26,038 nucleotides of DNA. Source: an uncultured Ignavibacteriales bacterium. GTDB taxonomy: Bacteria > Bacteroidota > Ignavibacteria > Ignavibacteriales > Ignavibacteriaceae. A model generated the notes under the pieces. That model was not told the origin of the DNA. It was given only the letters and a program-made list of their open reading frames with translations, and searched no databases. Position 1 is the first letter of the stretch; the number at the start of each line of letters is the position of its first letter. Location: the NCBI GenBank assembly GCA_965511205.1, contig CBEPPX010000001.1, positions 1 to 26,038 of the forward strand, written 5' to 3'. Below, piece by piece: positions 1 to 8,040 of this stretch. A program made the position numbers and the translations under genes.

Positions 1-997
1 CTTCTTTTATAGGTTCAAAATCAAACTCGTTCGCTTTTAGTATTTCTTTATCAGCAGTTTTGTATGAAAGGTAAACTATCGAGAACATAATTATTTCTCT
101 TATACCAAATGGCAATGGATCTAAACTTGGGACCCAGCTAAGAACTGCAGGATCTAAAAATACTGAGATAACTATAATAAGAAGGTAAACAACATTTTTC
201 ATTCCGCTGAATTCTATCTTGTTGGAATATGTAACTTCCGAGTTATTATTATTGTTACCGTTTTTTAAATCAATAAAATAGAAGACAGCTATGATTGCCA
301 GGATAGTTGGCAGCCAAATGTACCATACATGCTGCACAACCCAGAAAAATTCCACACCTTTAAGAAATCCAAGAAATAATGGTGGATCACCAATTGGTGT
401 AAGCGCGCCGCCCACATTACTAACGGTGAAAATAAAAAAGACAATATGATACGGTTTTATCCGGTCTTTGTTCAATTTGATGAATGGTCTTATCAACAGC
501 ATGGAAGCGCCGGTTGTACCAATTATATTTGCAATAACAGCTCCAAAAAGAAGAATAATACTGTTGAGCATCGGGGTAGCTTTTTTATCTACCTTAATTA
601 ATATTCCTCCCGAAGCAACAAACAAAGAACTTAGAAGCGCGATAAATGATAAATACTCCGCAGCTGTATGTTTGAGACTAAGTGTATCGTGAAGAAAAAC
701 CACGTAGTAAACAACAGTTATTGCTCCAAGGATTAAAGCAATTTTAGGATAGTTCCTCTCCCAAAAGTGATGGTAGAATAACGGACCGGTTGCGATCATT
801 GCAAGAAGTATAATGAATGGAAGAACCATGTAAGGTGATGGTAATTCATGTTCAACTTCTCCTTCTTCACTTGCAACCATCTCCTGTACAACTGTAGAAT
901 TACTAACATCACTACCCGATGCAAACGTAGTGCCTACTAAACAAAAGGTGAGCAGAAGAAATAAAATTAATATTGAAAATGTTTTTACTGAAATCAT
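1..997 (-). CDS. Putative sodium:proton antiporter / CitMHS_2-type ion transporter superfamily membrane protein (3' end outside window)
   Basis: Not in the ORF track because it runs off the window. My translation from ATG at 997 (AGGA upstream) is open to base 1: MISVKTFSILILFLLL...PFIILLAMIATGPLFYHHFWERNY...NIIGTTGASMLLIRP...FFIFTVSNVGGALTPIGDPPLFLGFLKGV... It has many TM segments and the GTTGAS and SNxGGxLTPIGDPPL motifs. Confidence 0.85.
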   Translation of the reverse strand, partial: MISVKTFSILILFLLLTFCLVGTTFASGSDVSNSTVVQEMVASEEGEVEHELPSPYMVLPFIILLAMIATGPLFYHHFWERNYPKIALILGAITVVYYVVFLHDTLSLKHTAAEYLSFIALLSSLFVASGGILIKVDKKATPMLNSIILLFGAVIANIIGTTGASMLLIRPFIKLNKDRIKPYHIVFFIFTVSNVGGALTPIGDPPLFLGFLKGVEFFWVVQHVWYIWLPTILAIIAVFYFIDLKNGNNNNNSEVTYSNKIEFSGMKNVVYLLIIVISVFLDPAVLSWVPSLDPLPFGIREIIMFSIVYLSYKTADKEILKANEFDFEPIKE

Positions 998-1114
998 ATA
1001 GTCCTGTAGGTTTTCCGTAATTTTAAAATATTTTAGTAAAGAATTATTTTTCTAAATTGAAAGAATCAGAATAATTCCGTTTTCTAATAAAGTGAAAATA
1101 TTTTTAAACAAATA

Positions 1115-2410
1115 TTATGGAGTGTTCCTGTGAATCATTCTTGGAAATGGAATAGATTCTCTTAAATGATCGAGTCCGCAAATCCAGCTAACAGTTCTTT
1201 CCAAACCTAAACCGAAACCTGCGTGAGGCACAGAACCATATCTTCGTAAATCGAGGTACCATTCAAATGCTTCCTGCGGAAGTTTATGTTCCTTTATCCG
1301 CTCAAGCAGAAAATCAAGATTATCTTCTCTCTGGCTTCCGCCAATAATTTCTCCGTAACCTTCGGGAGCAAGCACATCAAGCGCTAAAGCAAGTTTAGGA
1401 TTTTCCGGATCGCGTTTCATATAAAATGCTTTTATCTCTGCAGGATACCTGTGCACCATAACCGGTTTATCAAATTGACTGGAAATTATCGTTTCATCGC
1501 CGCCGCCCAAATCCTTACCCCATTCAATCTGTACACCATTCTTCTTTAGTATCTCAACAGCTTCATCGTAACTTATCCTCGGCAATGGTCGTTTAACATT
1601 TTCAAGTTTGCTGGTATCTCTCTCTAAAACTTTTAATTCTTCTGCTTTATCCTTCAGAACAGTTTGAACAACATATTCTAAAAATTCTTCAGCAAGATCC
1701 ATATCATCATTTAGATCTGCAAAAGCAACTTCAGGTTCCACCATCCAGAACTCGGTTAAGTGCCTTCTGGTTTTAGATTTTTCTGCACGAAAAGTTGGAC
1801 CAAAAGTATAAACTTTTCCATGAGCCATCGCGCCTGCTTCTGCATAAAGCTGCCCGGATTGAGTTAAATACGCACTTCCTAAATCAAAATATTTAGTTTC
1901 AAAAAGAGTTGATGTACCTTCAACTGCATTTGGTGTAAGTACAGGAGGATCCATCAAAACAAATCCTCTGTCATCGAAAAAATCGCGGATTGCTTTAACA
2001 ATCCTATGACGGATTTTTAATATTGCTACCTGCTTTTTAGAACGAAGCCATAGATGCCGGTTATCTAACAGGAACTCTATTCCATGATCTTTTGGTGTGA
2101 TTGGATAATCTTTTGAATCTCCAATCAGTTTTAGATCTGTTGCATCAAGTTCAAAACCACCTGATTGTTTAGAGTCGGCTATTACTTTACCTGTAACTTC
2201 AATAGAAGATTCCTGTCCGAGTTTATCTGCGAGATCAAATATTTCTTCAGTTACATTGCCTTTAAAATAAACACACTGCAAATAGCCGGTACCATCTCTT
2301 AAAATAACAAAGCGCACTTTTCCGCTTGAGCGTTTGTTAAAAAGCCAGCCGCGCAGGGTAACTTCTTTATCTGTATAATTTTTTAATTCGTTTATTTGAA
2401 CAATATTCAT
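1115..2410 (-). CDS. asnS: Asparagine--tRNA ligase
   Basis: N-terminal OB anticodon-binding domain (LRGW...LRDGTG), class IIb motifs [40 protein letters not shown] and [11 protein letters not shown]. Confidence 0.96.
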   Translation of the reverse strand: MNIVQINELKNYTDKEVTLRGWLFNKRSSGKVRFVILRDGTGYLQCVYFKGNVTEEIFDLADKLGQESSIEVTGKVIADSKQSGGFELDATDLKLIGDSKDYPITPKDHGIEFLLDNRHLWLRSKKQVAILKIRHRIVKAIRDFFDDRGFVLMDPPVLTPNAVEGTSTLFETKYFDLGSAYLTQSGQLYAEAGAMAHGKVYTFGPTFRAEKSKTRRHLTEFWMVEPEVAFADLNDDMDLAEEFLEYVVQTVLKDKAEELKVLERDTSKLENVKRPLPRISYDEAVEILKKNGVQIEWGKDLGGGDETIISSQFDKPVMVHRYPAEIKAFYMKRDPENPKLALALDVLAPEGYGEIIGGSQREDNLDFLLERIKEHKLPQEAFEWYLDLRRYGSVPHAGFGLGLERTVSWICGLDHLRESIPFPRMIHRNTP

Positions 2411-2612
2411 AGTAAGTCTTTTTAATTAGAAAAACGATTGGGAAATATAAATAAAATTTTTTAATGAGCCCCCTTTTAGTCTATTCTTTGCGATCAAAAT
2501 CTCTGCAGGATTTAATTCCGTTGCAAAGTTCGATAAATCAAAAAATAGATTGAAGAAATCCTCCATTGATGTTTATATTGAACAATCAAAAAGAAAATTA
2601 TCGGAGAAATTA

Positions 2613-4211
2613 ATGTTTAAATATTTTTATCTGCTTGTTGCTACACTATTATCGATTTTTTCATTCTCAGTTTTAGCACAGGAAATAGAAAAACCAGAAT
2701 GGGAAGACGGCGTACCTGATGAATGTACAACAATTACGGTTGGCAAACTTGCCAGCTTTGATGGATCGGTGATGACATCGCATACTGATGACAGCCACAG
2801 AACACGGAGCTGGATGGATATTGTACCTTCACAGTATCACAAGGATAATGAATTTGTAATTATGTATGAAAGAGAAAATAATGATTCACAAAAAATGCCA
2901 ACTTACAAACATGTTCCGGTTGGTCAGATTCCGCAAGTAAATCAGACATATGGATATATTAATACGGCATATCCGTGTATTAACGAAAAACAAGTAGCAA
3001 TTGGTGAAACAACTTTTGGTGGAAGAGATGAATGTAAATCTGATAAAGGATTAATCGATTGCCAGCGCTTATGCCAGCTAATGCTTGAAAGAGCTCCTAC
3101 GGCAAGAGATGCAATAAAAATTGCAGGAGAATTATTAAAGAATTACGGATGGCGTGATTGGGGCGAAACATTAACTATTGCAGATCCTAATGAAGTTTGG
3201 GTGCTTGAAATTGTAGGACCAGGCAAAGATAAGGTTGGAGCGGTTTGGGTTGCACAGCGTGTACCAGATGAACATATTTCTATAAGCGCAAACGCTAGCA
3301 GGATAAGATGGATTGATACTGAAAACCCTGATTACTTTATGTACTCCGAAAACGTTTTTGATGTTGCTAAAGAAAACGGTTGGTGGAACTCAGAAGAAGG
3401 TGCTTTTGAATTTTGTTATGCTTACGCAGATAGATATTCCATGGCTGGAAGAAGAAGAGTGTGGAGAGCTTTCGATCTTGTAGCGCCTTCTTTAAATCTT
3501 CATCCAAATTCAGAAAATTATCCCTTCTCCATTAAACCTGATACTCTTATTACGCTGGAAAAAATGGTAGAACTTTTTTCTGATTATTATGAAGGGACAG
3601 ATTATAATTTTATTAAAGATCTTACAGTTACAGATGACAGTGGGAAAACAGTTATCTCACCACTTGCCAACCCGTTTATGCCCTATGATATGAATAAGCT
3701 TTTTAAAATTAACGGCGGATGGGGATGGCGCGGCGAAAGAACGATTGCACGCTGGTACACAATGTATGCTACAATTATCCAGTGTAGAGATTGGCTGCCG
3801 GACGAGATTGGCGGGGTTGTTTGGCTTGCATGGGATAATGTTGCCACATCAATTTATACTCCCCATTTCTGCTCAATAAACCGTTTGCCACTTACATCTA
3901 CAACACCGGGAAGGAAAACAGGGTTTACGAAAAATTCAGCATGGTGGACTTTTAACCGTCTTGGTACTTTGACAGCACAAAGATGGGGCGATATGAGACA
4001 CGATGTTAGAACTGTTTGGGATCCATTGCAGGCAGAATTGTTTGCTAATCAGAAAAATATTGAAGAGGAAGCACTTAAATTATGGAACGGAAACCGCGAT
4101 GCTGCCGTTGAGTTTCTTACAAAATATTCTTTCAGGTGGCAGGAAAAAGTGGTTGACAGAGCATGGCTGCTAAGCGATGAACTTTGGACAAAATATGACG
4201 AACTTTTTTAA
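2613..4211 (+). CDS. Secreted C69-family dipeptidase (Ntn hydrolase)
   Basis: Signal peptide, then CTTITVGKLASFDGSVMTSHTDD (Cys nucleophile), NEKQVAIGETT, TARDAI, GETLTIADPNEVW and WVAQRVPD. I prefer ATG 2613 with GGAG at 2603-2606 over the track's TTG at 2550. Confidence 0.88.
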   Translation: MFKYFYLLVATLLSIFSFSVLAQEIEKPEWEDGVPDECTTITVGKLASFDGSVMTSHTDDSHRTRSWMDIVPSQYHKDNEFVIMYERENNDSQKMPTYKHVPVGQIPQVNQTYGYINTAYPCINEKQVAIGETTFGGRDECKSDKGLIDCQRLCQLMLERAPTARDAIKIAGELLKNYGWRDWGETLTIADPNEVWVLEIVGPGKDKVGAVWVAQRVPDEHISISANASRIRWIDTENPDYFMYSENVFDVAKENGWWNSEEGAFEFCYAYADRYSMAGRRRVWRAFDLVAPSLNLHPNSENYPFSIKPDTLITLEKMVELFSDYYEGTDYNFIKDLTVTDDSGKTVISPLANPFMPYDMNKLFKINGGWGWRGERTIARWYTMYATIIQCRDWLPDEIGGVVWLAWDNVATSIYTPHFCSINRLPLTSTTPGRKTGFTKNSAWWTFNRLGTLTAQRWGDMRHDVRTVWDPLQAELFANQKNIEEEALKLWNGNRDAAVEFLTKYSFRWQEKVVDRAWLLSDELWTKYDELF

Positions 4212-4365
4212 CAAAAAAACATTATGATTTAAAATCATTTAAGTCAAACAAAAATATTTATACTTTTGTGTTTTGCTTTTGAGTTCTACCATCGAATAGG
4301 TTATATGCCTGGGAACAACTAAAATAGGAAGGTTTCGCTGAGGAGGAATTTATGTTTATTGTGAA

Positions 4366-7122
4366 CTATTTTTTATCTGGGTTAAGATCTTTTGCTGCGA
4401 TCAATCCAAAGTGGATTAAATAATCGGCGAGCGCTTTACCGTCAAGTAAAGTAACATTTTCCTTTATAATACTTTCGCATCCTTTTGTAAATCTTCCTTT
4501 TGTAATTATAAATATCTTATTGTTTTGGGATGAACCCAATTCCATTGAAACTTCCTTAACAGTTTTAACTTTAACAATATCATCAAGTATTATCCTTGCA
4601 TATAGATTGAATCCGCGCTTATTTCTTTTTCCTTCTCCAACAACATTAAACGAACTGGTTCCTTCTTCATCAACTATATCAACATTGGTATAACCAATTT
4701 TGAAGAAAAATTTTGATAATATTGTTCTAAAGTAATTCAATGTGGATGTTTTAAGTAAGTTGAGCGCCTGATCGGCGGTAGGTAATACTTTTTCCTCCTT
4801 TTCACCGGTTGGCATATTAAAGAACTTGAGCCATTCATCAACAGAAACCAACTCATCGAGAACTTTTGGTGGAAGTATCTCCATAATATTTTTGTTTAGA
4901 AGATTCTTATTGAATAGCAATTCCTTTATCCCTTCATCAATCGAATCGTGTACACAGTAACTGTATACATTTATCTTCTCTTTAAAAGATTGATTTTCAG
5001 AAAGATCGAAAAGGTCTTCCACCTCCCAAACTGATGTGGGATTCCACCACTGGTCGAATTTAATTATATACGGAATGATATAATCCTTAAATTTTAACCT
5101 GCTTTGTTTTGCATCAGTTACAAATGCTGTAATATCTTCCTTGCTTTTAAATAGCGCTAACGACTTATTCATATCCTCGTCTGAAAGACTGTTTGGTGCC
5201 AGGATAAAATTAAAACCTTTTTCTCCAAATACTTTTTCAATCTTCTTTGTACCAAGCCGATCATATTGAGATAATATTAGTACCTTCTTTTTATTCTTTG
5301 CTATAATTGAAACATGTTCACACAGCAAGTCAGTTTTAGGACTTTCAATATTTCCAGGTGCAAAATTGCTAACTTGTTTTAACCTGTGCAGCAGAGTATA
5401 AATGTTTGACTGAAACCTGAATGGATTACCCGATTCCAATACTCTCCGTAAATCTTTTTGGCAATCAACTATAGTTTCATTGTATTCTCTTACTTGATCT
5501 TTATCATGGTTTAGCCAGTTTTCTTTCCAGATAAATAACGGTGCACTGCCGCCTATTTTCTCTTTACTTCTAATCTTTGAATTTTGAATCTGTATTTTTT
5601 CATTCAGTTTTTTATTTAGATTTTCTTTAAGCGAAGGATCGATTAAACTTGAAAGCGCCCAAAGAGCATTAGGTTTTAGGGATGATAATAACTTACTGGC
5701 TTTCTCACCGTTCAGTAAAAACACCTGTACTTCATCAATTATTATACAATCAAACCTGTTCAGCCGCCCGGGTTCAACTATTTCTGAACTACTATCGTTT
5801 ATAATCGTTTCGTAATCCGCCAAATAAATTAATGCTGGTATCTTCCATAAATCTGCTCTTTCATCATCGCTGCCGCAAATTTGAAGACAATTAATTTCAG
5901 GTACCCATCTGCTTAGTGCATTAACCCAATCTAAACCATCTGTATGTTTTATATCGTGTCCGACATTTCCTACTTTATTCAGTGAGCTGACAATTAAGAC
6001 AGATCTGAAGGAACGGCTTTCGAACAAAAACTTTAGTGCAGCAATGGTTTCTTTTTCTATATTTAATCCAAGCTCATCCTGAAGCAGTGCATAATCATGT
6101 TCTGCAAGAAATTTAGCACCCGCATCTTCATACTTTTCAAGTAGAAGCTGGGGATCTTTTCTCTTGTCCCATTCAACTTTATGAACATTTTTGAGGAGAA
6201 ACTTAAGTACATCCTTTACTGATTTAGGATGCTTTAATTCATTAACCTGGAAGTCGCTAACTTCAATAAGCTCTTCATCAGAAGCATCATAATATTTATA
6301 TGGAGGCGTACCTGTAAGAGTAACCTCTTCAGATAATATAGATGCATCAGGAAAGCTAATCTTAACACTTTCCAGGATATCAGGTGAATTAAGCATCTTG
6401 ATTCTAACTTCAGAAAGGTTGGAAACATAATTACCCATACCGGGCACTTTAACTTTGTAAACTTTTTTCGGTTTCTTAATCTTCTGAATCGCTATCTTTT
6501 TACTCTTAACCATTTTAATTGATGATATATCAATATTATAAATATCAACTGCGCCAACCGAGTCCTCAAGTTCTTCCACTTTAAGCAGATCGATATTATA
6601 AACTTCAGGAACCATTTCGGAAAGGTGATCAGTTACATCGGGAAGATCTAAAGTAAACTTATAGCTTGCCGGAGTTGGAAAATCTATCAGCATCTTATAT
6701 TCAACCGGTTCATAAGTAAAGAACTTTATTCTAATATCCTTAATAGCTGCTTCGGGTATTAAAAATTCCATCATCATTGCCGTGTAGCCAACCGGCTTTG
6801 GTTCAATCTCGCTTATCGTAACTGCTTTTTCTGATACAGTGTGCATCATAAAAAAGACTGCATTACTTTTGATCTTCGAAAAGTTATAGTCTTTAAATTC
6901 GGGTAAGACTTCGCTTGATTCTAAACCAATGACCGCTTCCCTGTTATCTGGCGGAGGAATGTCTCGTTCGAGGTGAGAAGTATCCTTTAAAGAAGACTTA
7001 ATTGCTCCCAACTCAATCTTTTCATCCAGTGGCATACGTAACCAGCTGCTGAAATAAAAATCTTCAGCACCTTCAATATGGGTAATTGAAGAAGCAAGTT
7101 TCTTCCTAACAGATCTTAACAT
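4366..7122 (-). CDS. Degenerate SNF2-family helicase-like protein with C-terminal Mrr-like restriction-endonuclease fold and an unknown ~325-aa N-terminal region
   Basis: SNF2-like segments occur in the correct order: LEKYEDAGAKFL, LLQDELGL, VLIVS..W...RWVP, DCIIIDEVQ, LLHRLKQVSN, SPK, KVLILSQY, FDQWWNP, VYSY..DSIDEGI. The C-terminus resembles Mrr_cat (F...L..FF.KIGY; IFIITKGRFTK; VTLLDGKALADYL). Confidence 0.8.
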   Translation of the reverse strand: MLRSVRKKLASSITHIEGAEDFYFSSWLRMPLDEKIELGAIKSSLKDTSHLERDIPPPDNREAVIGLESSEVLPEFKDYNFSKIKSNAVFFMMHTVSEKAVTISEIEPKPVGYTAMMMEFLIPEAAIKDIRIKFFTYEPVEYKMLIDFPTPASYKFTLDLPDVTDHLSEMVPEVYNIDLLKVEELEDSVGAVDIYNIDISSIKMVKSKKIAIQKIKKPKKVYKVKVPGMGNYVSNLSEVRIKMLNSPDILESVKISFPDASILSEEVTLTGTPPYKYYDASDEELIEVSDFQVNELKHPKSVKDVLKFLLKNVHKVEWDKRKDPQLLLEKYEDAGAKFLAEHDYALLQDELGLNIEKETIAALKFLFESRSFRSVLIVSSLNKVGNVGHDIKHTDGLDWVNALSRWVPEINCLQICGSDDERADLWKIPALIYLADYETIINDSSSEIVEPGRLNRFDCIIIDEVQVFLLNGEKASKLLSSLKPNALWALSSLIDPSLKENLNKKLNEKIQIQNSKIRSKEKIGGSAPLFIWKENWLNHDKDQVREYNETIVDCQKDLRRVLESGNPFRFQSNIYTLLHRLKQVSNFAPGNIESPKTDLLCEHVSIIAKNKKKVLILSQYDRLGTKKIEKVFGEKGFNFILAPNSLSDEDMNKSLALFKSKEDITAFVTDAKQSRLKFKDYIIPYIIKFDQWWNPTSVWEVEDLFDLSENQSFKEKINVYSYCVHDSIDEGIKELLFNKNLLNKNIMEILPPKVLDELVSVDEWLKFFNMPTGEKEEKVLPTADQALNLLKTSTLNYFRTILSKFFFKIGYTNVDIVDEEGTSSFNVVGEGKRNKRGFNLYARIILDDIVKVKTVKEVSMELGSSQNNKIFIITKGRFTKGCESIIKENVTLLDGKALADYLIHFGLIAAKDLNPDKK

Positions 7123-7127
7123 TAATT

Positions 7128-7661
7128 TTATTCAATAGACTTTTGCTGGTGAACCTGTTCGCAGGCAAGTTTTAACCGTTCGAATGGTTCCAGTAAATTC
7201 CGGTTTTCTGCAAGTTTATTTATTTGATCTTTTATTGTAGCAAGTTCTGCTTCAAACTTTTTAGATGTTTCTAGTAAAGTTTTTCCTGAACCATTAGCTG
7301 AAAAAGCAAGGACTTCCGGTTTAGAGCTGGCTCTGGATTGTCCGTCTTCTTCGTTATAAACTCGAACAACTCTAATTCCCTGCTTATTATTTGCTCCAAG
7401 GAAGAAAGGATCTTTTGCAATAATAAGATCAACTTGTTCATTAATTGCATTAAGCAGAGGAACCGAAATGAGCTCAACCAGTATATGTTCCAGCAGAACA
7501 TCGCCGTATAAAGTTTTCTGAAAACTCGTAGGTTTTATTGGAGCCGTTACTCTAAATTCGAGCGGTTTTGTATCCGAATCTGTTACAAGTATTGCTCCCA
7601 TTATTCCAGCATTTTCTTCAAGTGCAAAGGTCTCTAGAAACGCCAGTTTTGCGATTTCCAT
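7128..7661 (-). CDS. Conserved-looking hypothetical protein (possible RNase H/EndoV-like fold)
   Basis: 177-aa ORF with GGAG RBS (7671-7674). Its stop lies 5 nt before the SNF2-like gene. Motif-like segments are GAILVTD..TKPLEFRVTAPIKP...Q..LYG and C-terminal LEPFERL. Confidence 0.8.
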   Translation of the reverse strand: MEIAKLAFLETFALEENAGIMGAILVTDSDTKPLEFRVTAPIKPTSFQKTLYGDVLLEHILVELISVPLLNAINEQVDLIIAKDPFFLGANNKQGIRVVRVYNEEDGQSRASSKPEVLAFSANGSGKTLLETSKKFEAELATIKDQINKLAENRNLLEPFERLKLACEQVHQQKSIE

Positions 7662-7712
7662 TTTTTATAACTCCATTTTTTGAAATGATTTGATACCACC
7701 AAAATGGTTTCT

Positions 7713-7728
7713 GTCATATTCAATGCCA
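7713..7728 (-). promoter_or_regulatory. Candidate sigma54 (-24/-12) promoter
   Basis: Minus strand reads TGGCATTGAATATGAC against consensus TGGCACG-N4-TTGC. The GG to -12 spacing is correct, but the -12 element is ATGA rather than TTGC. It lies about 50 nt upstream of ATG 7661. Confidence 0.4.
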
Positions 7729-8040
7729 TTGTTTTTTTTGCTCTTTTAGTAATTTTTGTAAGAATTTAAATATTTTACCAACTTATCTCATGAAATAGTT
7801 TACAAACGGATTGTAATAACATTTGCTGGATTATTTTTGATAATTGTTAAGATTCTTAACTTTATTCGATTTTAAAAAAGCATGAATAATAAGCTTAAAT
7901 TGAAGGAATTGGACGATTATGTAATTCTGATAGAGAAGAGGTATTTTTTTCATGAATTTCTTGCACATCAAAATGAAGGATTTTCACGTAAAAATTACCG
8001 GAATTCTTAAAAGACTACACTACAGAAATCTCTGCCAGGT

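Noticed and set aside
468..692. 74-aa plus-strand ORF
   Set aside because: Antisense shadow of the antiporter gene on the minus strand.
4270..4350. Possible riboswitch or ncRNA (GAGTTCTACCATCG..., small AGGT-TATAT-GCCT hairpin)
   Set aside because: It lacks the fluoride-riboswitch GATGG...GTTC arrangement and any other family consensus I can recognise. An Rfam/Infernal scan would be needed.
4366..7122. Calling the SNF2-Mrr gene a pseudogene or an active restriction helicase
   Set aside because: It has no stops or frameshifts over 918 codons, so it is not an evident pseudogene. Its catalytic motifs are missing, so activity is unsupported.
6234..7501. Alternate-frame ORFs 6234-6428 and 7271-7501 as signs of frameshift or overprinting
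   Set aside because: The host ORFs are continuous, and these short ORFs have no RBS or motifs that I can see.
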